64,000 nucleotides of DNA, from the NCBI RefSeq assembly GCF_018977255.1, contig NW_024704743.1, forward strand, positions 45,324,001-45,388,000, read 5' to 3'. Below are positions 63,409 to 64,000 of this stretch, piece by piece. The stretch comes from Callorhinchus milii (taxonomy: Eukaryota). Position 1 is the stretch's first letter, and each line of letters begins with the position of its first letter. The notes beneath the pieces were generated by a model. The model made no database searches. It worked only from the letters and a program-made list of their open reading frames with translations, and was not told the origin of the DNA. Position numbers and translations under genes: made by a program.

Positions 63409-64000
63409 TCATAGAATCATAGAATTTTACAGCACAGAAGGAGACCATTCGGTCCATCATGTCTGTGCTGGCTCTTTGAAAAGAGCTATCCAAATCAATC
63501 CCACTCTCCCACTCTCTCCCCATAGCCCTGCAAAATTGTCCTCCCCAAATAATTATCTACTTCTCTCTTAAAAGTTCTTAATGAATTGGCTTCCACCACC
63601 CTTTCAGGTAATGCATTCCAGATCTGAACAGCACGCTGTGTGAAAAAATTTCTCCTCACCTCCCCTCTGTTTCTTTTAACAACTATTTTAAATGGGTGTC
63701 CTCGGGTTACCGACACACCTGCCAGTGAAATAGTTTCTCCTTGTTCACCCTATCGAATCCCCTCATAATTTTGAAAACTTCTATTAAATCTCCTCTTAAC
63801 CTTCTCTGCTCCAAGGAGAATAATCCCAGCTTCTCTAGCCTCTCCTGATAACTGAAGTCCCTCATTCCTGGTACCTTCCTGGTAAATCTCCTTTGTACCC
63901 GCTCCAATGGCTTGACATCCTTCCTAAAGTGTAGTGCCCAGAACTGAACACAGTACTCTCGCTGAGGCCTAACCAGTGTTTTATAAAGATTCATCATAAC
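63409..64000 (-). mobile_element. CR1 LINE 3' end (runs off the window)
   Basis: LYKTLVRPQREYCVQFW...LERVQRRFT...LGLFSLEQRRLRGDLIEVFKIM; TRGH...RRNFFTQR...WNALP; terminal (TTCTATGA)2. Confidence 0.96.

Overview
This is eukaryotic, repeat-rich intronic/intergenic DNA from a vertebrate. The repeat complement suggests a cartilaginous fish, probably a chimaera or elephant shark; that assignment is inference only. I cannot recognise any intact host protein-coding gene, and there is no CRISPR array or prokaryotic-type system. The long ORFs at 45-50 kb are artefacts of low-complexity repeats. The window is dominated by: (1) two L2-clade LINE families with different 3' stem-loops, including two RT-bearing remnants; (2) a young tRNA-Ala-headed SINE in long and short forms that carries an L2-type tail, plus its older Deu-domain relatives; (3) CR1 and Tx1/L1 fragments; (4) a 1,024-bp solo LTR with a 4-bp TSD inside an L2 RT; (5) a dispersed palindromic MITE-like family; and (6) a 5-kb complex of satellites and CpG-rich islets at 45.2-50 kb. 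The most notable observations are a SINE split into two exactly complementary halves on opposite strands, implying a ~6.5-kb inversion or mis-assembly next to the N gap, and a CpG-rich site where an RFX X-box overlaps a Kozak ATG opening an MGTCLS (acylation-like) exon candidate. There are also several frame-preserving small or micro-exon candidates. Repeat boundaries were read by eye and are approximate unless a TSD is quoted. I did not find convincing evidence of a wholly new biological system.
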